Below are positions 1-8,493 of a stretch of 48,751 nucleotides of DNA, piece after piece; the stretch's first letter is position 1; each line of letters begins with the position of its first letter. Both the position numbers and the translations under genes were made by a program. Under the pieces are notes generated by a model. It saw only the letters and a list, made by a program, of their open reading frames with translations. It was not told the origin of the DNA and searched no databases. This DNA comes from Candidatus Nanoarchaeia archaeon (GTDB taxonomy: Archaea > Nanobdellota > Nanobdellia > Woesearchaeales > GW2011-AR4), in NCBI GenBank assembly GCA_035288925.1, contig DATDYS010000018.1, positions 1 through 48,751 on the forward strand, given 5' to 3'.

Positions 1-306
1 TTCAACAATGTCACTTTTCTGGATGTTCATCTCGTGCTTGACCTGCTCAAGCATGTGCTCAATTTCAGAATACTTGACAGGCGCTGCCAAAATTCCCCTT
101 GCATAAGGGATATTGAAAGCTGCCTGCTCTGCATCCACTTTTGTAGCTGCTTCTATGAAGATGTATCCTCTCATGCCGTGCGGCCTTATTACAGAATAGA
201 CCTCAATCTTTTTCTTGATTGCATTGCTTGCAACAAAGTCCATAACTTGGTCTTCACGGTTTGCTGTCGTTCTCAACGCAAAAATTGTTTCGTCTTCTCG
301 TGTCAT
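1..306 (-). CDS. spt5: Transcription elongation factor Spt5 (archaeal NusG), NGN domain; 3' end runs off the window
   Basis: Reverse-strand ATG at 306-304. My translation is MTREDETIFALRTTANREDQVMDFV...VYSVIRPHGMRGYIFIEA...ARGIL...SDIVE, which fits the archaeal Spt5 NGN pattern. It is absent from the ORF track because there is no stop inside the window. Confidence 0.8.
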   Translation of the reverse strand, partial: MTREDETIFALRTTANREDQVMDFVASNAIKKKIEVYSVIRPHGMRGYIFIEAATKVDAEQAAFNIPYARGILAAPVKYSEIEHMLEQVKHEMNIQKSDIVE

Positions 307-374
307 TTAATCGTTCCGCGGGATTTCATATCCCGCATTGCATGCTTTTCCTCAATGCTTTTTGCAAAAGGTTG

Positions 375-405
375 GCAAAAACCGTTTCGTCTTCTCGTGT
401 CATTT
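375..405 (-). repeat. 31-nt duplicate of the spt5 start region (29/31 identical to 278-308)
   Basis: gcaaaaaCCgtttcgtcttctcgtgtcattt (375-405) versus gcaaaaaTTgtttcgtcttctcgtgtcattt (278-308). The second copy starts a 25-aa ORF (403..326), MTREDETVFANLLQKALRKSMQCGI. Confidence 0.7.
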
Positions 406-510
406 TAAGTTTTAATTATTATGGTTTACGAACTAGCCATTTTCTTTTTAAGGAAAAACTAGAATTAAGCCATTGTATAGGCAACTTATATATAAAGGTT
501 TTTATATTGA

Positions 511-1296
511 TTATTGGCGTGCATTCTCGGCATTTTTCTTTCTGAACTCAAAACTAATCCTGTTCAGCAGCGGAACAAACAAATTCGCAACAGCCAAAAC
601 GAAAGGAATTCCAAACACTGGGTTGTAGATTTCAATTCCAACCAGCATGAATGCAACCAAAATTCCGTAAAATATTCTTTGCCTTTTGGCGGCGGGGTTT
701 GTTTTCGGCTCTATCAGCATAAACATCGCAAAAAATAGAACCGTGCCGCTTTGCGCAACCAGGTTTGAAAAGTGCTGAAGCGGCGAAACATCCCTTAATA
801 GAAGGTAAAAATGAACCAAATAGTAAGTTAATAAAAAACTCAGCCCCAAATCAAATCTTTTTAATTTCCACAAAATAAAAAGCCCGAACAAAATTACCAG
901 ATAAAAGGGGGATGATATCCACCATGTATTCGGGGCTTTGAAAATAAGAAAAACAAGCAGGATTCCAAGATTTGCCGGATTGAAAATATGGCGGTGATTA
1001 ACCTTAATAAGATGTTTTGACACAATTGCAATTATTCCGGCAATAACATAAATATGCCAGCTTAAATTTTGAGTCAATAATCCGCCAATAAAAATTCCGG
1101 AAATGAGCGCAGAGTATGGAATTTCCCAAGTTTTAGACCAAAAATAATCAATCAGCAAATCCAGAATTGCCGCCGTTAAAACTGCAATCAAGACCGGGAT
1201 TAAAGATGATATTCCAAAATCATAAAAAAACGCACTTGCTAAAGTCAAAATTATCAGGAAAGCGGACAGGTATTGGTAGATTGTGAATTTGCTCAT
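511..1296 (-). CDS. Polytopic membrane protein, RnfD/NqrB-like
   Basis: The track ORF 511..1341 starts at TTG; the first ATG is at 1296 (MSKFTIYQ). It has many hydrophobic spans. The motifs HRHIFNPANLG and FFAMFMLIEPKTNP resemble RnfD/NqrB signatures. No other rnf/nqr genes are nearby. Confidence 0.5.
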   Translation of the reverse strand: MSKFTIYQYLSAFLIILTLASAFFYDFGISSLIPVLIAVLTAAILDLLIDYFWSKTWEIPYSALISGIFIGGLLTQNLSWHIYVIAGIIAIVSKHLIKVNHRHIFNPANLGILLVFLIFKAPNTWWISSPFYLVILFGLFILWKLKRFDLGLSFLLTYYLVHFYLLLRDVSPLQHFSNLVAQSGTVLFFAMFMLIEPKTNPAAKRQRIFYGILVAFMLVGIEIYNPVFGIPFVLAVANLFVPLLNRISFEFRKKNAENARQ

Positions 1297-1350
1297 TGCC
1301 GATTTAAAATCCAAAGGTATCACCTTTAAAATTATTATCAATCAAACTGT

Positions 1351-1551
1351 TTATTTCTTTCTTGCCCTTCCGCTTCCACCGGCTTTATAAGGTGAATAAT
1401 TCCCTTTCGCTTTCTGGCTTGTTTTCTGCTCGGGATAGACATCATAAACAACCCTTTCATCAAAGCCGCAGTTATTGCACTTTATTACGCTAATTCCAAG
1501 GTAGCTTAATGACCTAATATTCTTAGAGCTGCATTTCGGGCATTTAATCAT
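1351..1551 (-). CDS. Small zinc-ribbon protein with basic tail
   Basis: 66-aa ORF with CPKC and CNNC pairs and a Lys/Arg-rich C-terminus. No family recognised. Confidence 0.5.
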   Translation of the reverse strand: MIKCPKCSSKNIRSLSYLGISVIKCNNCGFDERVVYDVYPEQKTSQKAKGNYSPYKAGGSGRARKK

Positions 1552-1575
1552 AGAATAAGCAGGTAATCCGCGAAT

Positions 1576-1860
1576 TTAAATTATTTTCTCTTTTGTCTCC
1601 TTATTGACAATATGAATCACATTAACAGGGCATGAATCAGCGGCTTCCTTGTTTGCGGCAAAATCCTTATCACCAATATCAAGCTCTTCTGTCTCATCAT
1701 CTTTTTTTACCGAGCCGATTATGTCCGATTTGCCGTCTTCATTCATTTCCCAGAAATCTGGGGCAACAGCAGCGCATGCGGCGCAGCCTATGCAGTTCGG
1801 CCTGTCGTGCTGTATTTGAAATTTCTTTTCGGTTTTTATTTCCTGGGTTTGCTCTGCCAT
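1576..1860 (-). CDS. Small 4Fe-4S ferredoxin-like protein
   Basis: CIGCAACAAVAP plus a distal ADSCPVNVI cysteine give a single-cluster ferredoxin pattern. A TATA-like box lies 21 nt upstream of the ATG. Confidence 0.7.
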   Translation of the reverse strand: MAEQTQEIKTEKKFQIQHDRPNCIGCAACAAVAPDFWEMNEDGKSDIIGSVKKDDETEELDIGDKDFAANKEAADSCPVNVIHIVNKETKEKII

Positions 1861-1881
1861 CTCAAAAATTAATAATTACCC

Positions 1882-1891
1882 TTATATAAAA
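1882..1891 (-). promoter_or_regulatory. TATA box for the ferredoxin gene (leaderless-type spacing)
   Basis: The minus strand reads ttttatataa, ending 21 nt upstream of the ATG at 1860. Confidence 0.45.
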
Positions 1892-1975
1892 GTATCGCAG
1901 AATATCAACATTTTGCGGATTTTTATATTAGAAAATCGTGATTTTCTTTATATACAAGTTTGTGTTAATTTCTTA

Positions 1976-2875
1976 TTATATGCTGATAAAAATGATTCCT
2001 GCAACCACAAATGCAAGGGCAAGCATCTTAACCAACACGCTTTTTTTGTGTATATCTTCCATTATTATATTAGGAAAATACAGAGTAAATAATATTGCAA
2101 GGACAAAAACAAACAACGGAAGCGCTGCATTGCTCAATGCGCTTACAAGCGACACAGGGCCGAGAAATATGGCAAAATCAGAAGCTATGAAAGCAATGGA
2201 GTCAATAAGCATCTTAAACCCGATTAATCCCCTGATTTTATTTTTCATAGATTTAAACGTTTGAACAAAATCCTTTCTGACACTCGGAATCAGCAATACT
2301 GACAGCGCAACAAATCCAGTAACTCTCAGCCACAAAACAGCGCTCCAGAATCCAGTGACATTAAAGACGTGTTTTGCTGAGATATAAGCAACAGCAATAG
2401 CAATATTTGACGCAATCATAAGATAAAATGCCTTGCTTAATACAAACCTGTTATGGGATTGTTTATATGCAGCGATTATTCCAGCGCAGAGCAGCAGTAA
2501 AAATCCAAAAAGATGGTAAGGTGACAGGGATTCACTCAAAAAAATCGCGGAAAGCGCAAAGACAAACAATGGCGTGGACTGGTAAAGCAAAGTGATTCTC
2601 GATATTTCCTCGTACTGTATTGCCTTATAGTATAAAGTTACACCGATAGCAAATCCGGCGCTTGACAGCAGTGCAATCATAAAATCTTTTAGTCCCAATG
2701 GCTCAAAATTGAAAAAAAGAAGCAGGAATATAAATGCAAGGTTGGTCAGTCCGTTTATAACAATATAAACTAAAGGGTTTGAGATATGCTTTTTAGAAAT
2801 TATAAATTTATCTATCATTGTTGTGAAACTCCAGATAAACTGCGCCAAAAGAACAAAAAATATCCAATTTTCCAT
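1976..2875 (-). CDS. EamA/DMT-family transporter
   Basis: 299 aa with about 10 hydrophobic helices in two similar halves. The start lies 1 nt after the stop of the upstream thiolase gene. Confidence 0.65.
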   Translation of the reverse strand: MENWIFFVLLAQFIWSFTTMIDKFIISKKHISNPLVYIVINGLTNLAFIFLLLFFNFEPLGLKDFMIALLSSAGFAIGVTLYYKAIQYEEISRITLLYQSTPLFVFALSAIFLSESLSPYHLFGFLLLLCAGIIAAYKQSHNRFVLSKAFYLMIASNIAIAVAYISAKHVFNVTGFWSAVLWLRVTGFVALSVLLIPSVRKDFVQTFKSMKNKIRGLIGFKMLIDSIAFIASDFAIFLGPVSLVSALSNAALPLFVFVLAILFTLYFPNIIMEDIHKKSVLVKMLALAFVVAGIIFISI

Positions 2876-2876
2876 T

Positions 2877-3821
2877 TTAATTCTGATGCATCACGCTTTT
2901 TTTTAATCTTTCCAAATAATTGCAAGCGCTGCATGTTTCATTTGCGCTCGGCTCGCCGCATTTCGAGCAGGCCTGAGCCATTTCCCCCTTGAACTTCTCT
3001 TTCAGTATAGGCAAAGTTTCCAAAAATGAATTGACTATGGAATATTTCGTCCCGGCAAATTTCTGCTCCATGCCATTCAGCATGTCCCTAACCTGCGCCC
3101 TGAAAGAATGCGCAACATTTGGGCATTCGTTGAAATTATCCAATAATCCGTTTATGAAAGCGTAAGTTGTTACTTCCTTTTCCATGCATAAATACAATGG
3201 CTTTATCCTCTGTGAAAATTTACCATCATCGCTTACCCCGACTTTGGGTCCTAATCTTGCCGAGGCTCCAATATTATTTTTCATCTGGTTCATCATTATT
3301 GACTGGCATTCATCATCAAGATTGTGGCCTGTTGCCAGTTTCGTTAATTTTAACTCTATCGATTTCTTATTCAGCAAATATCTCCTAAAAACGCCGCAGA
3401 TGCTGCAGGGCTTCACATCCAAAATCTTGAGCATCTCATCCAGAGTTAAGCCAAACTCATCTTTATAGGAAAAAATATTCAGTTTAATATTGTTTTCATC
3501 GCAGAATTTTTGCGCTGTGGCCAATGTTTTGTCCCTGTAGCCGGCAATTCCCTCGTCAATTGCAATCGCCGTTATTTTTATTTTTGGATTTTGTTTTGAT
3601 AGCTTGTTTAGCAAGCGCAAAACGGTCAGCGAATCCTTGCCTCCTGAAATTGCAACTCCTAAATTTTCCTCTTTTCCAAGCAAATCAAACTGCCTTATTG
3701 TCTTAAAAACCTTATTTTCAAAATATTCATTGAAATGATTCTTGCAGAGCTTCTCACCGGCAGTTAATTGGATTACTGGCTTTTCGCTGCAGCAATTTTT
3801 ATTATTGATGTTTATTTGCAT
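2877..3821 (-). CDS. TtuA/NcsA (Ncs6/Ctu1)-type tRNA 2-thiolation PP-loop ATPase
   Basis: SGGKDS PP-loop, ATGHNLDDE, CSICGVFRR, and terminal Cys pairs (CSKCG...CSAC). It sits immediately downstream of a GG-ended ubiquitin-like ORF. Confidence 0.75.
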   Translation of the reverse strand: MQININNKNCCSEKPVIQLTAGEKLCKNHFNEYFENKVFKTIRQFDLLGKEENLGVAISGGKDSLTVLRLLNKLSKQNPKIKITAIAIDEGIAGYRDKTLATAQKFCDENNIKLNIFSYKDEFGLTLDEMLKILDVKPCSICGVFRRYLLNKKSIELKLTKLATGHNLDDECQSIMMNQMKNNIGASARLGPKVGVSDDGKFSQRIKPLYLCMEKEVTTYAFINGLLDNFNECPNVAHSFRAQVRDMLNGMEQKFAGTKYSIVNSFLETLPILKEKFKGEMAQACSKCGEPSANETCSACNYLERLKKSVMHQN

Positions 3822-3824
3822 TTT

Positions 3825-4040
3825 TCAGCCGCCAGAAATCACAGATAAAATTTTTATTTTGTCCTTGTCGTTTAATTTTTCATCTTCTAAAATTAACTCA
3901 CTGTTTCTTGAGACAATTACAGTTACGGGATTTATTTTTAATTTTTTCAGCAAGTCAGAGACTGATGAGTCATCATTTAACTCAGCATTTATATTTTTGT
4001 TTTCCCTGTCGATGAACACGGCTATTTTTATTTTTTTCAC
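3825..4040 (-). CDS. ThiS/MoaD/SAMP-like ubiquitin-fold sulfur carrier (C-terminal Gly-Gly)
   Basis: 71 aa ending ...LSVISGG. GTG start. The stop lies 3 nt before the thiolase ATG. Confidence 0.65.
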   Translation of the reverse strand: MKKIKIAVFIDRENKNINAELNDDSSVSDLLKKLKINPVTVIVSRNSELILEDEKLNDKDKIKILSVISGG

Positions 4041-4086
4041 GGCAATAGGGAGAATTTGTTTATTAATAAAGGTTATTGAGAAATTC

Positions 4087-4428
4087 TTAGCCGACAGAAT
4101 GCCCGCATCCGCACGTTCTTTTTACATTAGGATTATTAATTTTAAATCCAGCGCCTTGCAGTGCTTCCTTGTAATCAAGAGTTGAGCCTTTCATGAAAGC
4201 AATGCTTTCCGGGCTAATAAAGAGCTTTACTCCTTTGTCTTCTATCACCAAATCATTTTCTTTCGGAGATTTTTCAAGCCCCATTTCGTACATATAGCCA
4301 GAGCATCCGCCCATGACAATGCCTATCCTAAATCCATAATCTTTCTTGTTTTCCTTTTCCATGAAATGCTTTATTTTTGATGCTGCTTTGTCTGTTAAAG
4401 TTATTGGATTTTGAGCTGTTTGCTGCAT
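4087..4428 (-). CDS. sufA: IscA/SufA (HesB) A-type Fe-S carrier
   Basis: ITLTDKAASKIKHF..., GCSGY, C-terminal CGCGHSVG. The ATG at 4428 lies just after the sufC stop. The longer track ORF (to 4491) overlaps sufC. Confidence 0.8.
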   Translation of the reverse strand: MQQTAQNPITLTDKAASKIKHFMEKENKKDYGFRIGIVMGGCSGYMYEMGLEKSPKENDLVIEDKGVKLFISPESIAFMKGSTLDYKEALQGAGFKINNPNVKRTCGCGHSVG

Positions 4429-4429
4429 T

Positions 4430-5188
4430 CTAAGCCGCCTCCTCTTTCTCAAACTCCTTATACTCATCATATCCTCTCGCTTCCAGCTCATGCGCGAGCT
4501 CTTTTCCGCCGCTCTTTACAATTTTTCCCTTCACCATTATATGGACGGTGTCCGGCGTAATATAGTTTAGCAGCCTTTGGTAATGCGTTATAACCAAAAA
4601 CCCGGTGTTCGGGCCTACTAAAGTGTTGACTCCTTCCGCAACAACTTTTAATGAATCAATATCCAGCCCGGAATCAGTTTCATCCAGGATAGCCATATCC
4701 GGCTGAAGAACCGCCATCTGCAGTATTTCAGTTCTTTTCTTCTCTCCGCCTGAAAACCCTTCATTCAGGTATCTTCTTGCGAATTTATCCTCTATTTTGA
4801 GCAGGTGCATTTTTTCCTTCAGTAATTTCACGAATTCAGGCACCGGCAGCGGATTTTGCTTGACCGCATTGTAAGCCGTCCTCAAAAAGTTTGAAACCGA
4901 AACTCCCGGAATTTCCTGCGGATACTGGAACGACAAAAACAATCCCAGCTTTGCCCTTTCATCCGGCTTTAATTCAAGAATGTTTTTTCCCTTGTACCAC
5001 ACTTCTCCTTTGTCTACAACATATTTAGGATGGCCCATTAAAGTATATGCCAAAGTTGATTTACCGCTTCCGTTCGGCCCCATCAAAGCACAGACTTCCC
5101 CTTTCTTCACAGCTAAGTCTACTCCATTCAGTATTTGCTTGCCTTCGATGCTAACGTGCAAATCTTTTATAATTAATTCATCTGTCAT
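4430..5188 (-). CDS. sufC: Fe-S assembly ATPase SufC
   Basis: Walker A GPNGSGKST, LNEGFSGGEKKR signature and ILDETDSGLD Walker B. 252 aa. Confidence 0.9.
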   Translation of the reverse strand: MTDELIIKDLHVSIEGKQILNGVDLAVKKGEVCALMGPNGSGKSTLAYTLMGHPKYVVDKGEVWYKGKNILELKPDERAKLGLFLSFQYPQEIPGVSVSNFLRTAYNAVKQNPLPVPEFVKLLKEKMHLLKIEDKFARRYLNEGFSGGEKKRTEILQMAVLQPDMAILDETDSGLDIDSLKVVAEGVNTLVGPNTGFLVITHYQRLLNYITPDTVHIMVKGKIVKSGGKELAHELEARGYDEYKEFEKEEAA

Positions 5189-5339
5189 TTTTAACCCCTC
5201 CGAATTTTATGAAGGAGTTCCGATAAATCGCTATGCGATTTTCAATAACTCCGTTTAATTTTAAAGTTTTAATTTTTGAACTGTTTTTTTAAATTATTTT
5301 ACTGGAATTAGTTTTAATTTGTTTCTTAAATTTAATTTT

Positions 5340-5777
5340 TTACCTTTCCCTTTTAACTCCCGGCTCTTTAATATATTTTTCAAAAATCGTAATCGCGTTC
5401 TTGAACAGCACCATTGACAGTAGCGCGCATTTCAGCCTCGCTGCGCTGACTGGAATGCCAAGCATTTCCAAAATATCCTCTTTCTTCAGCTTTTTTATTT
5501 CATCAATGCTTTTTCCTTTTACTTTCTCTGTCAGCATCGAAGCGCTTGACTGCGAAATTGCGCACCCGTGCCCGTAAATCTTAACATCGGCAATGTTTCT
5601 GCCATCATCTATCAAAAAATAAACATCAAGCTCGTCACCGCACAGCGGGTTTTTTTCATGATGGTGGACCGTTGCATTCATTATTTTCCCAAAATTCCTT
5701 GGGTTCTTGTAATGGTCCAAAATGTTTTCCTGGTACATCTGGTCTATTTCTTCCATTTTTATCGACTTAAACTCCAA
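5340..5777 (-). CDS. sufU: SufU/IscU-type scaffold or sulfur acceptor (NifU N-terminal fold)
   Basis: ILDHYKNPRNFG, NPLCGD and GHGCAISQSSASM. An alternative ATG at 5756 would avoid overlap with sufS. Confidence 0.8.
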   Translation of the reverse strand: MEFKSIKMEEIDQMYQENILDHYKNPRNFGKIMNATVHHHEKNPLCGDELDVYFLIDDGRNIADVKIYGHGCAISQSSASMLTEKVKGKSIDEIKKLKKEDILEMLGIPVSAARLKCALLSMVLFKNAITIFEKYIKEPGVKRER

Positions 5778-6993
5778 AAATTTTCTTAACTTTGTACAGT
5801 GCCTCTACGAAATGATCAACTTCTTTCTCTGTATTGTACAAGTAAAATGATGCTCTTGCAGTTGCCGGCACTCCCAAAACGCCCATAAGCGGCATGCAGC
5901 AGTGATGGCCCGCCCTGACTGCAACTCCATCGCTGTCAAGTATCTGCGCAACATCATGGGCATGAACTCCCTTTACATTGAACGAGATAACCGCGCCCCT
6001 TTCCTTGGGGCCGTAAGTTTTTATCCAATCAATTTTTTTCAATTTTGCCATCGCATAATCAACCAATTCTGCATCATGGTTCCTTATATTTTCCATTCCT
6101 GTTTTTTTTAGATAATCAATTGCGGCGCCTAATCCTACGGCTTCTGCAATGTTCATAGTGCCCGCCTCAAATTTCCAGGGCAACTCGTTAAAGGTAGTGT
6201 CATCAAATTTTACTTCCCTTATCATTTCGCCGCCGTATAGGAATGGCTGCATTTCTTCAAGCAATTCTTTCTTGCCGTACAAAACTCCGATTCCTGTCGG
6301 GCCAAGCATCTTATGCCCGCTGAAAGCAAGAAAATCTGCATCCAATTGCTGGACATCAACCGGCATGTGCGGAACCGACTGGGCCCCATCAACAACCACC
6401 ATTGCCCCATGTTCATGCGCAATTTTTGCAATATCTTTTATTGGATTTATAGTTCCCAAAACATTTGAAGCGTGGGTTAATGAAACTATTTTTGTTCTTT
6501 TAGTTATATTTTCTTGAATGCTTTTTTTATCCAGATTCCCTTCTCCGTCGATTTTTATGAATTTTAATTTCAGCCCCCTTTGCTTTGCAAGCTGCTGCCA
6601 CGGAACAAAATTAGAGTGATGCTCCATCTGCGAGATTGCAATCTCATCTCCTTTTTTCAGTTTTGAAGTCAGTGAATATGCCAGCAGGTTTAATGATTCT
6701 GTTGTGTTTTTTGTAAAAACGATGTTTTGGTACGAATCAGCATTAATGAAATCCGCAACTTTCTCATGCGCTTCTTCATAAAGTTTTGTTGCTTCTTCGC
6801 CAATCTGATGGATGCTTCTGTGGATGTTTGCATTTGAATTTTTATAGTAATTATCCATTGCATCAATGACCTGCTTTGGCTTTTGGGAAGTTGCGGCGCT
6901 GTCAAAGTAAATCAACGGCTTTCCATGGATTTTTCTAGTTAAAATAGGAAAATCTTTTCTGATTTGCTCAATATTAAGTTTTGTTTTAATCAT
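5767..6993 (-). CDS. sufS: Cysteine desulfurase SufS (class V aminotransferase)
   Basis: 408 aa with SGHKMLGPTGIG (PLP lysine) and RAGHHCCMP (active-site Cys loop). Confidence 0.9.
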   Translation of the reverse strand: MIKTKLNIEQIRKDFPILTRKIHGKPLIYFDSAATSQKPKQVIDAMDNYYKNSNANIHRSIHQIGEEATKLYEEAHEKVADFINADSYQNIVFTKNTTESLNLLAYSLTSKLKKGDEIAISQMEHHSNFVPWQQLAKQRGLKLKFIKIDGEGNLDKKSIQENITKRTKIVSLTHASNVLGTINPIKDIAKIAHEHGAMVVVDGAQSVPHMPVDVQQLDADFLAFSGHKMLGPTGIGVLYGKKELLEEMQPFLYGGEMIREVKFDDTTFNELPWKFEAGTMNIAEAVGLGAAIDYLKKTGMENIRNHDAELVDYAMAKLKKIDWIKTYGPKERGAVISFNVKGVHAHDVAQILDSDGVAVRAGHHCCMPLMGVLGVPATARASFYLYNTEKEVDHFVEALYKVKKIFGV

Positions 6994-7267
6994 CTGAATC
7001 CTTCAGCCTAAAAAATGCCAATGTCCATCCATAGTCAACCTTGATTTCAGCTTTTGAACCTGCCGGCAAGACACCAACGAGCCAATTTTCGAAACTTCCG
7101 GTTAGTTTACCCCACAATGCCCATTCTGAGTAAGCCATTTCTGTCCTTGGCACTATTTCTCCAGTAGCCGGATCAAAACGGTATTCGCCTGCAAGGGATA
7201 TATGATACAATGCCTCGGGGAATCTTCTATGCATATCGCGCAAATTAATTTCAAGTTGATTCATCAT
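6986..7267 (-). CDS. Hypothetical 93-aa protein embedded in the suf operon
   Basis: Its ATG overlaps the sufD stop (ATGA, 7264-7267) and its stop overlaps the sufS start by 8 nt. It has no Cys and matches no family I recognise. Confidence 0.55.
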   Translation of the reverse strand: MMNQLEINLRDMHRRFPEALYHISLAGEYRFDPATGEIVPRTEMAYSEWALWGKLTGSFENWLVGVLPAGSKAEIKVDYGWTLAFFRLKDSDD

Positions 7268-8475
7268 TTCCTCACCAATTCCCTTATCTTTTCCTTCAAT
7301 TCTTCTGATGGAACTTTGTTAATCACCGGCTCGAAAAATCCTTCAACGATTAATTTTTCTGCTTCCTGCCTTGATAATCCCCTCGCCATCAGGTAAAACA
7401 AGTGCTCCTCGTCAATCTGGCCGACTGTCGCGCCGTGCGATGCTTTTACGTCGTTTGCATCAATCTTCAGGCTTGGAATTGAATTAGCCAGTGTCTTGTC
7501 GCCTAATTTCAAAATGTGATTCGCAAGATAAGAATTTGTTTTCTGGCCTTCTTTTGGAATCCTGATTAATCCGCGATAAACTGAAGAGGATTCATCTTTC
7601 AGAATTCCGTCAACCAAAATATCATTTATTGTGTTTTCGGCATTATGGTAAACATTTGTCGTGAAATCAATGTGCTCTTTTCGCTTTCCCAGGAATATCC
7701 CGATGTTGCTGCATTGTGAGCCCTGCCCGTTAAAGTTTGTGTCAATTCTTATCCTGTTTAGCTTTCCGCCGAAGCATCCCGAAACCCAGTTGATTGAAGC
7801 GTTTCTGTCTGCTGTTCCTATAAGATTGGTAAAGCTGCGTACATTATTTGTCCAATTATTTATATGGTAAAAATTTATTTTTGAGTTGGTGTTTGCAAAA
7901 ACCTCGGTAATGCAGGAATTTAGCTGCTCTCCAGCCGTTTCCCTATTTGAGTACTGCTCGATAAAATCCAGTTGAACATTTGATTCAACTACTATCAGAT
8001 TATGTAGAATGCTGTTCATCCCTTCCATCTCAAAATTAACCCTTATCGGTTCTGTCAGCTCAATATTTTTAGGAACATACAGAAAAATGCCGTGATTGAA
8101 ATGCGCTGCTGACAGTGCAACAAATTTGTCTTTGTCTATTTTACAAGATTTAAAAAAATAATTCAGTGCTGCTGGATATTTTTCAAGAGCTGAGTTAATA
8201 TCAGTCAAAATAACTCCCTGATTTATCAAATTCTCGCTTAACTCGGATGCTGATATTTTTACAGCCGATTCAAACGGCGCAAAATTTTCCAATTTTAATT
8301 TTTCAATCTCAGTATATCTCCAGTCTTCTTCCTTTTCCTTCGGCATGGGAACTGAATTAAATATTTCCAGAGCGTCCTCTTTTCTGCTTTTGGCAAAATC
8401 ACTATCCTTTTGCAGCAATTCCTTCATGGTATTTTTCATAATCAGATTCTCATGTTTAACGGCAGTATTAACCAT
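7264..8475 (-). CDS. sufD: Fe-S assembly protein SufD
   Basis: 403 aa. The C-terminal beta-helix region has LANSIPSLKIDANDVKASHGATVGQIDEEHLFYLMARGL, the same signature as in SufB. Confidence 0.85.
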   Translation of the reverse strand: MVNTAVKHENLIMKNTMKELLQKDSDFAKSRKEDALEIFNSVPMPKEKEEDWRYTEIEKLKLENFAPFESAVKISASELSENLINQGVILTDINSALEKYPAALNYFFKSCKIDKDKFVALSAAHFNHGIFLYVPKNIELTEPIRVNFEMEGMNSILHNLIVVESNVQLDFIEQYSNRETAGEQLNSCITEVFANTNSKINFYHINNWTNNVRSFTNLIGTADRNASINWVSGCFGGKLNRIRIDTNFNGQGSQCSNIGIFLGKRKEHIDFTTNVYHNAENTINDILVDGILKDESSSVYRGLIRIPKEGQKTNSYLANHILKLGDKTLANSIPSLKIDANDVKASHGATVGQIDEEHLFYLMARGLSRQEAEKLIVEGFFEPVINKVPSEELKEKIRELVRK

Positions 8476-8493
8476 ATAATTTTCCCCCGAAAA

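Noticed and set aside
34-545. Plus-strand track ORFs 34..408 and 261..545.
   Set aside because: They lie antisense to the well-supported spt5 NGN-domain CDS and its duplicated start. Their Cys/Phe/Leu-rich translations are typical of antisense frames.
4429-4491. N-terminal extension of sufA overlapping sufC.
   Set aside because: The internal ATG at 4428 gives a standard A-type carrier starting just after the sufC stop.
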